A stretch of DNA of 64,000 nucleotides, taken from the NCBI GenBank assembly GCA_013239625.1, contig MU054323.1:15690029-15754028 (forward strand), given 5' to 3'. Positions 1 through 14,600 of this stretch are shown here, one piece after another. This DNA comes from Lama guanicoe (Eukaryota). Numbering within the stretch: position 1 is the first letter of the stretch; the number at the start of each line of letters is the position of its first letter. Below the pieces are notes generated by a model. That model saw nothing but the letters and a program-made list of their open reading frames with translations, did no database searches and had not been told where the DNA came from. Position numbers and translations under genes: made by a program.

Positions 1-285
1 TCTGAGGAGTGCCATGAACTGACTGACGTTGAGCAAGAACACGCTGGTTGCTGTGTAGACTTCAGTGTGCAGAGGGACACAGCCTGGATAGGAGGCTAAG
101 TGCAATAACCCAGTGAACCCGTGGCCTGGGCCAGGCGGCAATGGTAAAGATGATGACAAGTGGTCAGATTCTGGATGTATTATGAATGTACAGCCAACAG
201 GCTTGGCTGATGGAAAAGATGTGGGACATGAGAGAAAGAAATCTAAGATGATTCACAAAGTGTCCAGTGCTGGATGGTAACAGCC
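1..285 (-). mobile_element. L2 LINE fragment
   Basis: Typical L2 antisense text (aagtggtcagattctggatgtatt...gatgtgggacatgagagaaag); recognised by eye. Confidence 0.6.
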
Positions 286-1774
286 ATTTGGAGGAGCTAG
301 TTAGGTGGAGCTAGTTAGGCTAGTCTGGTAGGAGAGCTTAATATCCTGCATTTATTCCAAGACTTACATTTGTAGGCCTGAAAACATATGAGTTGATCTG
401 CAACTTTTCAAATTAATAAAAGACAAAAAAGTGTACTTGTTATCACACTATTTCCGAAATATGACTCAGCTATTTAATAGATTGTATGTATGACCATTTT
501 TATTTTGAAGATAAAAACCATTATTTGCCTATTTCTTAGCCAGTGGTCAACTACCTTAATTAGGAAAATTTTTTTAACACATTGCAACTGTTGCTAGAAA
601 TTGGCAAAGTGATGGTTTCTGTTTGGACTTACTCTTGCTGCCTAATTTAATTGTTTGTAATAAAGCTTTTCATATACTGAACAGTGTTATTTAAGTTAAT
701 TGCATCAAGTGCTTGTATTACTGCCTAAACCATAATTCTAATAATTGCTTCTTGTTAATAAACTCTGCACAGCACTGTATCCAAATATTAAACATAAGCT
801 TGCTCTAGACCTAGCTAGTACCAGATTGTGTTTATCTCTTTCCAAATCTCCATGCAGTAACACCACTTTGGTCGCTTCAAAATCAGCTACAGTGGGAGGA
901 TTTACAACACAGAAATTGGCAAATGCTCTAAATCAGGGATTTTTTTTTTCCCAGACAGCAGGTTTCCCAGAACACCCCTGGGCATACCAGAGGGTATATG
1001 GGTTATAGGGTTATGAATGCCAGCTAGAGCCTAAAGGCCACACAGCAGTGGCACTGGGGGGAGAGGATGCAGTGGGAGCCACCTGCCACAGAGAGGAAGA
1101 GGGCTTTATCACGGACAGTGCTTAGAGTTGCTGGTTTATAAGGATAACAGAAAGCAGAATGATTTTAAGTCTTTAAATTCTCTACAGACAATGTGCTTCC
1201 TTACTGCCTAAACCCAGGGCAGATCCTTCCCACCTACTCCCACCTCCACTCTAATCATACTTACTGCCTGATCACCAGGAGTATAACATTTTCTCTTTCT
1301 ATGTCTTAAGTTTCCTTATCTGTTCAGATGGGATCATAAAATCTGCCATCCTGCTCAGTGTGCAGATTCTACACTATGTAGCATGCACCGTATGTGTTCA
1401 ATTAACAGTGGTGTGAAGATACCTTCAAGGGTCTCATAGCCTTAGTGAAGGGGAACTCCTAATAGATCAACAGCATCTTCTTATCCACTGTGCTTTCCAA
1501 TCTCTAAGCCTCTGTCAGTGCTGTTCCCCCCTCCTCAACCCCCAACCTGGAGCCAATTCATCTCATATTTTCATCTTGCAGAGTTGACCCAGTTGCTGCC
1601 AGCTCTATGAGGCTCTGTCTTATTCCCACAGCTGACATAATCTCTTCTTCCTCTAAAATTCCCTGACTTCTTGGGGACTCTCTGGCACTGTCTCAGACCT
1701 ACTGGATTAGAATCTGCATTATAATAAAATCCCCAGGTGATTCGTATTAAGATTTAGGAAGCCTTGCTCTAAAT

Positions 1775-1954
1775 CATTGGTTCTCAAACTTGGCTGCATA
1801 CTTGGAATTGCCTGGGGAGATTTTTAAAAAGCTTAATGCCTAGATCTCACCCCCAAGAAATTCTATTTCAATTGGTATGAGGTGCAGCCTGAGTATCAGG
1901 GCCTTTTAAAACTCCCAGATGATACTAATATGCAGCGAAGTTTGAGAACCACTG
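1775..1954. mobile_element. MER5-type hAT-Charlie MITE (a partial second copy abuts at about 1705-1770)
   Basis: Terminal inverted repeats cattggttctcaaact ... agtttgagaaccactg; 180 bp. Confidence 0.8.
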
Positions 1955-2558
1955 GCCTGTAAAGCCCCCCTTATTCTCCCTTTTGGGGCCTGCACACTGT
2001 CTAATATTATGTTTTTTGTGTCTACATATGTTTTCCCACATCTATGAAAGTATAAATCTTTTAAGAACAAGAACTATTCTTAATTCAATTTTATAGCTTC
2101 CTCTCTAACAATACCTAGCCATATACGTTTAATAAATATTTACTGAATGAATAATGAATGGATAGTCTTTGTAATATAAAACAGTTTGTAATCTAAAAAT
2201 GTTCTCTGAATACCATAAATGTGGCTTTTGTCCTAATTTGAAGGCTGGTTGAACACATCCTCGAAATTGTGGAATTATTTCCTCTTCAGTTCTAAGGCCA
2301 GGTCTCTGAAGAAGAGGAGGCTGGTGGCTAGAGTAGGTTTTCCAACTGAGAACAGACTCTCTGGGTACCAGCGCGGATAGCCACTGCCATCTCTGTGAGG
2401 TGTTTACAGAAAGCCACAGCTTGAAATCCTAAGACTCCAGAGGGCAATGCAAAATGAGGCAGCCCCTCCCTACACTCTGAGCATCCAATGCAGAACTCTT
2501 GGCTGAAATATGACGGTTGTTACTGTTTCTTCCTCCCTAGGGTGCCATTTTGGTATTT

Positions 2559-2610
2559 ATGGGGATTGTTGTCCTCACTATGAAGGCATCTGTTATTGAA
2601 GTGTTCCTTG
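2559..2610 (+). CDS. VIT: First coding exon, signal peptide [17 protein letters not shown] (exon starts at 2541 with 18 nt of 5' UTR)
   Basis: Acceptor tttcttcctccctag ends at 2540; ATG at 2559; donor TTG|gtaagt after 2610; phase 1. Confidence 0.93.
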
Positions 2611-5600
2611 GTAAGTACTTTTATATGTGTATCTGGATACGCTTTTAACATCCTCCTAATGTCCACAGAATCCTGCCAAGAAGAGGTTTAAACCAAGACA
2701 GAGCATATAAACAGTTCAGTGTATCTTTTTATAATAAACATTTTGGAGAGATGTTTAACTGCAAATGCTAAACGTAGATCAAATTCAGGATGTGTGTCTA
2801 TATATTTTTTATAGAGAGCAAATATATGTATTACATATGTTGCCTCTATGCATTACACCTCATGCACACATATACACACACACATATTTGTATGTATATG
2901 CAACTAGCAAATATTTCAGATAGAGCATATTTACAGGTTCTGAATTTAGGGATCTTCTTGTTTCTTAATTTCTCAAGAAAAAAAATTCTTATCAATGACA
3001 TGGTCTTACTTGGACCTAACGGCAACTCATACTCTTAGAGATGAAAACGTTTAAATTTATCCATTGTTATCAGAGAACACAATTTGGGTTGGGCCGTGAG
3101 GGAGCAGCAGGTCAACCAGAAGAAAAGCGATGATGGGTTCAGCACTAAGCCCAAGGTTAATCTTCTGCTGGTCTTGACCCCAAGGCTGTAGCCTTGTCAG
3201 GTAGAGTGATCCTGTGGGTCACTGTAAAACTACTGCCAGCGCAGGGTACAAAGCCCTTTCAGACAGTCGGTGTTAGTTTACTAGAGCAGCCATAACAAAA
3301 TACCACAAACTGCGCGGCTGAGAGCAACAGAGTTTTATCCTCTCACAATTCTGGAGGCTAGAAATCTAAAATCACCATGTCGGCAGGGCTGGCTCTTTCA
3401 GGGGGCTGTGAAGGTGAAATCTGCTCCATGACTCTCTCTGAGCTTCTGGTTGGCTTGCTGGCAGTCTTTGGCTTTCCTTGGCATCGCCCCAATCTCTGCC
3501 CTCCATCTTCACATGGTGTTCTCCCTGAGTGTGTCCGTGTCTGTATCCAAATGTCCCCTTTTTGTAACACCAGTCATATTGGATCAGGGGCCCAGCCTAC
3601 TCCAGTGTGACTGCATCCTAACTTTAATTACATCTACAACCACCCTACCTCCAGTTGAGGACACCTTCTGAGGTACTGGGGGCTAGGACTTCAACATGAA
3701 ATCCCATGAATCTGGGGTGGGGGGAAACACAACTCAACCCATAACATAGTCAGAATGTTCAAGACCTGTGTAGACAGAGTCTGCATGGTAGATGGAAGAG
3801 TGGAGGAGGGAGAAGACACATAGCTGTGAAGGTGAGGGGGCATTTGGCGTGGTGGAGGGACACTAGGCTGGGAGTCAGAGGGAAGAGAAGAGTTCTGGTC
3901 CAGATTCCACCATCAACTTGCTAAGGAATATTCATCTTGAGAGCACAGGGTCCTTTATTTCCCCTTTGCCCTTTTGGGAGGCTGTCTCCGGCCCCTGTAC
4001 TAACCTACAGGGTTTCTTGGTTTCTAACATAAGGTGGGCTGGGGGTAGGGCAGGAGGTTAGGAACAGGAAGGATTAGCTACTGTAAAACAAAACAAAACC
4101 ATACAAACACTGAGGCCACTTGACACAGCCATGTCCCCAGTATCATGGAACCAAGAAGAACTTGATTGTCCTCTCAGCCTGCCCTTCTGCAAAACTCTTT
4201 TCCTCTTGGGGTCGCTCACTCAGAAAGCAAGAAATCAAAGTAGAAAAGAGAGACGCCACAAATGTCCTCCCTGTCCTTATATGCCCCTCCCCGGTATGTC
4301 TTACTCACCTGCTGTCTCCATGCCAGGGCCATTTCCCTCTAGTCCCCCGGGACCCTCTTCAGTACTGTGACAGCCTCCCTGCCTCAAATCCTTACCTAAC
4401 TCATTCTCTACCACACCCCAAATAACCTCCCTAAAGCGCATGTCCGATCACCACTCCTCGATTTAACACTCAGGGTTTGCCCTTTGTCTTTACGATGGAA
4501 TCCATGTCTCTCAACACTCACCTTACTTGCAGGTGAGCCCTCTCTGATATGGCCCTGGCTGTCCTCTCCTGCTCTCCCCCCTAACATAGGACCCCCCCCC
4601 CGGCTTCTGGGGACCTTCTCATGCCCCTTAAGGCAGAGTCATTTCTCACCTCCAGGTCTTTGACTCTGCTGTTCCCTTTCCTGGAATGCTCTTCCTCTCA
4701 CTCCCACACACCTAATGGTCCTCCAGGAAGCTTCCTCTGCCCTCCATTTGATCAGACCATCTTCCTCCATGTTTCCTTGGACCCTTGTATTGATTCTGAT
4801 CACAGCTGCATGACATTCACCGCGTCATTATTCTGGCTTCTCCCAAACTGTAACTCACCAAAGGCAAGAGCTGTGTCTTGTTCATTGTTGCATTTTCAGT
4901 TCTCAGCACATCTCAGAGGCACTCGAGAAATATTGCTAAATAAATTATTCTCGTCAGGGATGCTGGATTTTTGAGGTATCAGAGTCTGACTCTGCCCGCA
5001 ATACCTATGTGTGAGTTTTCTCCCCACACGAAGTCATTCCGCAACTCCAGCTGGGTGTCCTACAACTCAGCTCAGTTCTGATACTATCTGCCCCGAGATA
5101 GGATCTGACCCCACAGGCTGAGGGCTCAGTCCCACAAGACTCCCCACCTGCCCTCCTGCCAGTCACACTGCCAGCACTGCAAGCCAGGCTGTCACCTGTG
5201 CTTCTGCCTGACTGGCTATAAATCACAATTTCCCATGGCCCCCTCCTTGGGTCGAGTAGCTCACAGAACCCAGGAAACCAGTTTACCCACTAGATTACCA
5301 GTTCATTACAAAGGATATTAAAGGATACAAATCAACAGCAAGATAAGGAGATACAAAGGGCAAGGTCCTGAACAAAGAAGCTTCTGTCTCCGCGGAATTC
5401 AGGCCCCCAGTCTGAAAGCTCTTTGAACCCCCTCCCTTTGGGTTTCTATGGAGGTTTCATTGCATAGACATGATTGATTAATTCTTCGGCTGTTGGTGAC
5501 TGATTGAATCTCCAGGCCCTCTTTCCTCCTGGGTAATCAGGAGATAGGACTGAAAATTCCAATTCATCTTGAGGGGATTCCCAAAAGCCACCTCATTAAC

Positions 5601-8600
5601 ATAAGCTCAGTTGTGATTGAAACGGGCTTGTTATGAATAACAAGACGCCCATTTCGTCTTTATGGCTCTGATTTCAGGAACTGAGGACAAGAAACCAAAT
5701 ATTATAACAAAAGGTACTCCCATTGCTCTTATCGCTCAGGACATTCCAAGGGTTTGGGAGCTGCCAGCCACGAACTGTGGTCAGAAGGCCAAAATACGTA
5801 TTTATCATAAATCACAATATCACACAGAACCATCCAATGATCTCCCAAAAGCCCTCTAAATTAATGTCAATTAAGTGTTTAATTAATAAACATCAGAGCT
5901 AGAATGTTTGCTCTAGATACGTTTCCGTTTATGACGTAGCAGTGCTGCCCATCGTCACTGGAGCTCCATGTATAATCCCTGACTGCACTCATGGGGACAA
6001 AGCAGCACGCAGAGCCGAAGGCTGCCCCAGCAAACATACGTTCTAGTTCCAGCTTCTGCCCACAACCACCCCCACCCGCCACCCAAAACCACAGCTTTAG
6101 CCAAGGGGTCAACCTGGACCTTAGTTTCTTTTCTACAAAACAGATGACCTCCAAAGCTCCTCCCAGCTTTACTATTCTATGATTCGAAGCATAATTTTGT
6201 GATTTATGTGAACAGAGAGGATAAACTGTCCTACCCATGCTATGAAGCTCTGATATATTTGATGCTAGATGTTCCACTGAGTGTGTAACTCCAAATCAAA
6301 GCATAGGGGAGATCTGAGCTGATTTAAAATGATCTGCTGTATAAATCAGTTTTCAGGAAGGCACTGTGGACACTGTTAAAGACCACCAGAGCTGGGCAGT
6401 ATTCAAAGCAGTAAAAACAGATTTTCATCAGGAAACCCTGCAACAGGGGGAAGGAGACCTCAGTACAGAACCAGGAGAACTGGGCTCAGTTTCAAACACA
6501 ACAAGGACAAGTGGGGATTTATAGCCAAGGAGCAGGTTGCAGGGGTCAGGGGATGGGAATTACTAAGAGGAGACATCAAAGGGAGTAGGGGGATTCTTGC
6601 TAAACCAACCGGACAGGATTCCGACTAAAGGCAGACCAGGGCGATCAGATATCGAGGGTGGAGGATTCTCTCTAAACAAGATTCTTGCTAAAACTGAGTG
6701 ATGCAGGCCCAACAAGGACAGACACAGAAGCCCAAGGTCGAAGCTTAGTTGAGAAGAGGGCGTAGAGGAGCCTGACTCAAGTTTGGTCAAGGAAAGAATC
6801 CCTGTGAACACCACCTGGGTTAGTATCTTGAGGGCACCAAGAAGTCAAACAAGAAGTTCATGGGCTGGAAGGAGGCATTCCAATAAAAGTTCTAGACACA
6901 TAATAAATACTCAGTAAGTACTTACTGATTTGATCATTGGTTATATGTTTCAGCATTTCATGTCTTTTCTTGAAAGTAAATGGATTCTGGTTATAATTTA
7001 TTACTGATAGGAAAACAGAAACACAAGTGAGTATTAACCATGCTAAAGACTTTAGAAAGCACTTTTCATTATTATATGTCTATGTGATTTCAATATGACC
7101 AAATTAAAAAATAACTGTCTTTTTCTAATTAGAAAAGAAACATTCTATATATATATATATATATATGAAATATACTAGGAAATGGGAAAAACGTAGAAAA
7201 TATAAAATAGGAATTATATCTCCACCATTATTAACATTTTGGTATATTTGTTTGAAGTACTTCTCTCTGCATATATTCTAATTTTGTCAGAATCGTCCTT
7301 AAGGTTGGAGCTCATACTTCCACAGTCGTTCAGTGTTCTGTTACACATCATCTGCAACAAATGCTTAGGATTTCCCCATTGTTGGAACATTTCCAACATT
7401 TCATTATTTCCAGATTGCTATTAGCAATAATGCTGTAATGAACATCTTTACATAAATCTTTGTCTGTATCTCTGATTATAACTTGGGATATATCACTTGG
7501 TATCTATTTTTTAGGGCAAAGCACATAAATGTTTTTAAGGCTATTGAAATGTATTATCAAATGGCTTTCCAGAAGGACTCCTGCACCTGCTTAGAATTTA
7601 CCAACAGAGTACTGGATAATCTTGTGTTCAGTATTCAGTACACTATATGGGAAAATATCCTGTCGTTTCGCTTTATCATTAATGAGACTGAACATTGTTT
7701 TAAGCTAATTCATTTGTATTCTCCCTATAAATTAGCTGGATGATAATTTACTGAAATTGAATTTTAAACAATTAAACAGTTAACTGTACTGATGGCCACA
7801 CTAGAGGAAGAGAAAGAGAAGTAGAGGGAAACTTTTTATTTGAAAAAGTAAGTTCAACATTTAATTTGTTTTGAAATTTCAAGCATGACTAGTGAAAGGT
7901 GAGAACTTTTCATGTTAGTCAAAACTGGAACACTGAAGTTTTAAAACTGAGAAATATGAGCAGGGGAGGGTATAGCTCAGTGGCAGTGTGTGCTTAGCAT
8001 ACATGAGGTCCTAGGTTCAATCCCCAGTACCTCCACTAACAAAATAAATAAATAAACCTAATTACCTACCCCCTTCCCCAAAAAGGGGGGAGGATATAGC
8101 TCAAGTGGTAGAGCACGTGCTCAGCATGCACGAATTCCTGGGTTCAGTTCCCAGCACCTCCACTGAAAAAAATAATTAAACTAATAGACCTAATTACCTA
8201 GCCAGCCCCCCACAAAAAAACTAAGAAAAAAAATTTGAGAAGTATGGCTGCAGAGTTGGTAAATCATGATTGCGTTGGAACTTCGGCCTCTAGACTTGAT
8301 TTCTCCTCAAGGCTTCTAGACTCTAATGGCCTCAGTGGCCAGATAACTAATCCCACAAATTCAGAAGTGTGTTCTGCCTTGCACTTCCAAGTGAGCATCC
8401 ACTATCCATCTCAGCACTTTGCCTGGCTTCCTAAGAAGAGGAACACAATGTTGATTTTTCTCTCACCCAAATTCCATGTGCAAGTCACCATTTCCAAGGT
8501 AGCAAGAGACGTCTTGCTGAAGAGGAATGAAGACTTGCTTCAGGGCACGAGCACATCTGCAGCCTGACTGACCAGCCCTCCTCTTGAGGAGTGGTTTCTG

Positions 8601-11600
8601 GGGAGCTTTAATTAACAAGGATGGAAGCTGAGGGGAGGGGCTCTGTGTACCACCGAGAATAATGACTTTATTAACTGCTGCTGTAAAGCTGAACCCAGCT
8701 CTTCATGTTTTCAGCATGGAGGGTCCTGGGCGAGCAAATGTGAGTGTTGGGGTGGTCTTACTGAAATATTTATAGTTCTAATGATACCAAGTCTTATAAA
8801 CCACTTGCCACAGGCACACAGCCCTAGAAGGACAGTATTTTGTTTTCCACCAAGAACTGAGACCCACATTTAAAACTATTCACTTACTCCCCCTACTTAA
8901 CTTGCATAAGTTTTTTCTATATAATATTTCATACTTGTTTTTAAAATATTCTAGAATTCTAGTTATTTATTTTTGTGTATAAAATGAAGATGCGGTCTTT
9001 GGACAGAGTTAAGTGACACAGAGACTACTATAAACATTAGACCTCCAGGACACTCAAACCCACCCAAACCCCAGAAGTAAATAACACCTAAAAAATGTCT
9101 GCCTTCATTCTACTTGGCTAGACTTTTGGTGCTCACTCAGTTCTCTTTCACAGTTTTGTTCTTGCAGGACATGGTATGTCAACTGTCCAGGCCTCAACTA
9201 AGCTAGTAGTCAAAACTGGGGATAATTCAGGAGCTACATCACTGGCACAGCTTAGCTATAGATAATCCATAAAATAAATAAAAGTTTTCTTAACAAACAC
9301 TTGGTGACAGGGCCACTTTTTCCTTCAAAAATAGTTGCCAATTCAAGAATTCCTGAGTCCTGATTTATCCCTTAATGGAGCATCTGTGTTCTGTTAAAAA
9401 AAAAAAAAGGCATAACTAGGAAGTAAAATGCCTATTTTGATTACTCAGCTGCCTCATGTTCATCTCCAGAATTCCAGCTCCACCTAGAAAGTGGGTTTCT
9501 CAAAAAAAGATGGCTAAAATGGAGGTAAGTTAGAGCAGTACCATCTTTGGTTGGGTCAGGTAGAAGAATGCCTGAGGAGGACAGAATAAGAATAGAGACT
9601 GACTAGCCTTATAAAAGGAAAAACATGCTTTTCTGTCTACAGGCAAAATTAGCATAGGTAGACAGAAGTGAGCATTTTCAGACATTAGTAATAAAAAAAT
9701 TGCTATGAGAAAATTTCACAATATGTATCAAATTTTTAAGTGGGCATATCTTTCAGACAAGAAATCCTATTTGGAACTGTATTTTAAGGAGATAATAAGG
9801 GATCAGTGCAAAGATGAAGCTATTTACATTACATTAGGATTTAGCTAAATTATGATATATCCACACATTGCAATATTTTGCAGGCAGTTAAAATTATTGG
9901 GAGAGGGACATTAAATGACAAGAAAAAGTGTTTCTAAATATCCTTAAGTAGCAATAAGTTATAACACACTGTAAACGGTATGAGCATCATCAAATGTTTG
10001 TTTAGTACCTGTATAGAAACCACAAAGACCCAGTACTGCCAAAGCAAAACTCAGGAAAAAGAACACAGCTGGGGGCAGAATCCTCCCAGACTTCAGACAA
10101 AACTGCAGAGCTACAATAATCAAAACAGTGTGGTATTGGCACAAAAAAAAGACATAAGGATCAATGGAATGGAACAGAATAGAGAGCCCAGAAATAAACC
10201 CACACACCCACAGTCAATTAATATTCCACAAGGATGGAGAAAAGAAGTCTCTTCACAAGTAGTGCTGGGAAAGCTGGACAGCCAAATGTAAATCAATGAA
10301 GTTAGAAAAATAAACTCAAAATGGCTTGAAGACTTAAATATAAGACAGGACACCATAAAACTCCTAGAAGAGAACACAGGCAAAGCATTCTCTGATACAA
10401 ATCATAGCAATGTTTTCGTAGGTCAGTCTCCCAACGCAATAGAAATAAAAGCAAAAATAAACAAATGGGACCTAATCAAACTTGTAAGTGATTGCTCAAC
10501 AAAAGAAACCATAAATAAAACGAAAAGACAACCTATAGACTGGGAGAGAATATTTGCAAACAATGTGACTGACAAGGGATTAATTTCCAAACTACACAAA
10601 CAGCTCATACAACTAAACAACAAGAAAACTAACAACCCAATCCAAAAATTGTCAGAAGACCTGAACAGACATTTCTTCAAAGAAGACATGCAGAGGGCCA
10701 ATAGGCACATGAAAAGATGCTCAATGTTGCTAATTATCAGACAAATGCAAACCAAAACTGCAATGAGGTATCACCTCACACTGATCAGAATGGCCATCAT
10801 CAAGAAGTCCACAAACAACAAGTGCTAAGGAGGATGTGGAGAAAACGGAACCCTCCTGCGCTGTTGGTGGGAATGTAATTTGGTGCAGCCACTGTGGAGA
10901 ACAGTTTGGAGGTTCCTTTAAGAACTAAAAATAGAGTTACCATATGATCCAGCAATCCTACTCTTGGGCACATATCCAGAGAAAACTCTAATTTGAAAAG
11001 ATACATGCACCCCAATGTTCATAGCAGCACTATTTACAATAGTCAAGACATGGAAGCAACCTAAATGTCCATTGACAGATGACTGGAGAAAGAAGATGTG
11101 GTGTATATATAGACAACAAAATACTACTCAGCCACACACACATAAAAATGAAATAATGCCATTTGCAGCAACATGGATGGACCTAGAGATTATCATACTA
11201 AGTGAAGTAAGTCAGAGAAACATAAATACCATATGACATCACTTGTATGTGGAATCTAAAAAATGATACAAATGAACTTATTTACAAATCAGAAACAGGC
11301 TCACAGAGATAGGTTACCAAAGGGGAAAGGTAGGGGAAGGATAAATTAGGTGTTTGGGATTAGCAGATACACACTATTATATATAAAATAGATAAATAAT
11401 AAGGTCCTACTATATAACACAGGGAACTATATTCAATATCTTATAATAACCTATAATGAAAAAGACTATATATATGTATAACTGAATCACTGTGTTGTAC
11501 ACCAGAAACAAATACAGCATTGTAAATCATCTATACTTCAATTAAAAAATTTTTTTTAATCGGCGTTAAACTCAGTAAAAAGGTACCCATATGAAAACAG

Positions 11601-14600
11601 ACATACAGAAAAAGCCTGAAAAATACTCTACTTTTGTGTTCATCTGTATTTTCTGTAGTACTGTTTTGTGTGTGTGTGTGTGTGTGTTTTACATTGTTCT
11701 ACGGTGAACATATATTGTTTTGGTAATAAGACAAAAGTCAGTAAATGTTATATTTTAAAAACACAAGGCTCAAACTGGTAATGTGACTTTAAATTTTAAA
11801 AAGATAAAGAATTACTCTTTCTTCCCCTATTGTTACGCTCCCTGAAGGAGAGCAGTATCCATCCGCAGTATGCTGGCTGAGGTTCTGCTTTAGTTTCTGA
11901 GAAGGAAGCCCGCCCACCTGCAGCTGCCCTATAAGGGTCACAGAACCAGGTGCCGCTGGAGGAGGGCCACCGGGGGACAGTCAGGTCACACCACACCTTG
12001 TGAGGAGTCTCTCTCTCTCTCTTCTTCCCAGTCCCCTTCTTCCTCGTCTTCCTTTTCAGATTCTTCCTCTGAGGCTGTTAACACATCCCCTCCGTTGGCC
12101 TCTGTCACTCTCGCACACACATGCAAGGCAGTTCTCTGGTATTTTGGAAACTGGCCATTTAGAAACTCAGTGTGGAATAGATAAAAGAGCACAAGAAGGG
12201 CCTGGGTGCTCATCCTTTATTCCTGGGACCAAGCAAATCAGTGGACTTCTCCAGACCCACATTCCCACCTTTGAAAGTGGAGACAGTAGAGTTGATGTGG
12301 TGAAATTTAAAGACAGCAAAACAAAGGACAGGTATCCAAGAGGTATTTTTGAAAGACCCTTTCAGCAGAGGCTTAGAAAAGCACAAAGGATACATCTTAT
12401 TTCCCCAACCATAAAATCAGGGAAAATTGGTTCTACTAATGAGGATACTTTAACATGTGATTGAAACGAATATAAAGATCAAAGAGAGAAGTATTTGGGT
12501 GAATTAATATTGATTAGATATTTTTGCATTTTTTTCATGCAGTTTTGCTGGTGACTGGAATACACTCAAATAAAGAAATGACAAAGAAGATTAAAAGGCC
12601 CAAATTCAGTAAGTAAAATAGCAATTCTTCACTGGTATAAGGCTGTGCCTCCCATGTGGAGGATCACTATACTTATTTCAGATAATTTGGAAGGTTTGGG
12701 GTTTTGGGGGGGTTTCATGTCTTATCACAATTACTTTGCACTCAGACTAATCACTAATGATTCTTATGTGTCATCTACTTCATTCCAAAAAGCATTTGAA
12801 GTAGGAGTTCTAATTTTAGGGTAAAAGATATGTGGTTCCACTTATACGAGAAAAATTCAAAATGCACATACAAAAACCAGGCAACACTATGTCTCTGTGG
12901 TTAAGCTGGAGTAGATATTTTCCTGCCATTGAAATGCTGTCCCAACTCCCCATACCAGAAAATTTACTCTGGCTGATGCAAAGGTCCAGCAAACCTGTCC
13001 ACCTTCTAGCACATCCTGGATCAGAAGGTCATCTCACAGAAAAGGTTCACACCCAATCAGTGGAAAGAGGAATAATTTCATTTTTTGATGATACATCAGC
13101 TAAGATTAGATGACAGAAAGCCCAAAATAACAGTTGCTTACATAAGACTGAACTTCCTTTCTCTCTCTCATAAACATGGTCTGGGCTTTTATGGAAGGTT
13201 CACAATCTTCAAGGACCCAAATTCCTTTTATCTTGTCATTCTACTTTTCTCAACCTGGCTCTCAATTCATTGTCCAAAATGGCTGCCCCAGCTCCATCCA
13301 TCACGTCCACATTCCAGTCAGTTTAGGAAGGGATGAAGAAGGGCACATGCTCACTCCCTTTAAAGATAATCCCATGAAGTCAAATATACCACTTCTACTT
13401 AAATTACTATTAGCCAGCATTCAGGAAGAATGGGAAATGTCTTGATTTCAAGTATCTACATGACTCGCCAGAAGTAAGGAGTACTAGTACCTGGCAAGAT
13501 GAGAGAATGGATATTGGCAAAGAACTGGCAGGACAGGATATCAGTAGAAAATCTCACACTCAAAGATGAGCACACTGAGACATCTGGATCTAAATTTGTA
13601 GACTTAATGGAGGCTTGAATTAAGGTATATTAACGAAAGACCATAAAAGAGAGACTTTAGATATAGTCAATGTTCTGTGCTCTCCGTAACAGAAACTTCT
13701 GTGTAAGTGTTAGATTTAGGTTCCTTGAAATCAGCAACATTAATAGTTTGAAACAAAAGAAGAGATTTAGTTCATGCACCATTTTTTTTCTTCTGCTCCT
13801 TTAAACCCTTTGTGTGGGATTTCCTGTTGAAATGAAACCCAAAGGGCAGCCATCCACAGCCTCCTAGTCTGAAAGACTAAAAAGGAATCAGTTGTTTATT
13901 TATTCCTGTCAGGACCAAGAGCCAAGAGAATTGGCCCAGGGGCAGATGTGTGTTCAAAACAATGATTGGGTTAATATGGAGACAAATGCACACCCAAGTA
14001 TGAATTTCTTTGGGCTCTTTCCAGTATCTTCATTAACTCAAATACAAAAATCATGAAAGGTTCCATGATTACCATGACAACAGTTTTCAGTGACTATGAA
14101 AGTCTGTGCTAAATGACCCAAGGACAGACCTCTTTGAGAGATCTCAAATGGCTTGAATTTCTGATATGCTGAATCCTAACCTTATTCTCAAAATCTCCCT
14201 AGTGATACAGCACATTTGAATCAATAAATGCATGAGGCCTTTTCCTTAATTAGAAACTCTGTCATGATAATTAAATCAGGGGGAAAGATAGGTTCAATGA
14301 AGGTAATAGGATATTCCCAGACCATGGTGATATCTGATTCTTCATCTCAGGAGCATTTCCAAATTGTAGTTTATAGCTTGAGGCCAAAGTAATTTTCATT
14401 TTTTCAGTTCAACATTGTCAATCTGCCACTCAGGCAGAAAACTGACAACAGGAGAAGCACATCATTCATTCATCGGACAAGTATTTATTGGATGCCAGCC
14501 AAGTACGAGGTACTGTTAGACACTCAGATACAACAGTGATTGAGACTCAGTCTTTGCCCTCACAGAGTTCAAAATCTAGAGAGGAAGAAAGACAAGTCAC

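Noticed and set aside
293..319. Tandem duplication ggagctagttagg x2
   Set aside because: Ordinary slippage-type microduplication with no sign of function.
7963..8165. Functional tRNA-Ala genes
   Set aside because: The stems are mismatched, the shared SINE tail and A-rich ends are present, and a third copy at 42544-42689 has a TSD. These are SINEs.
11986..12213. Minus-strand ORF with an acidic tract ([21 protein letters not shown])
   Set aside because: It is explained by a CT-rich low-complexity tract. I recognise no homologue and see no retrocopy hallmarks.
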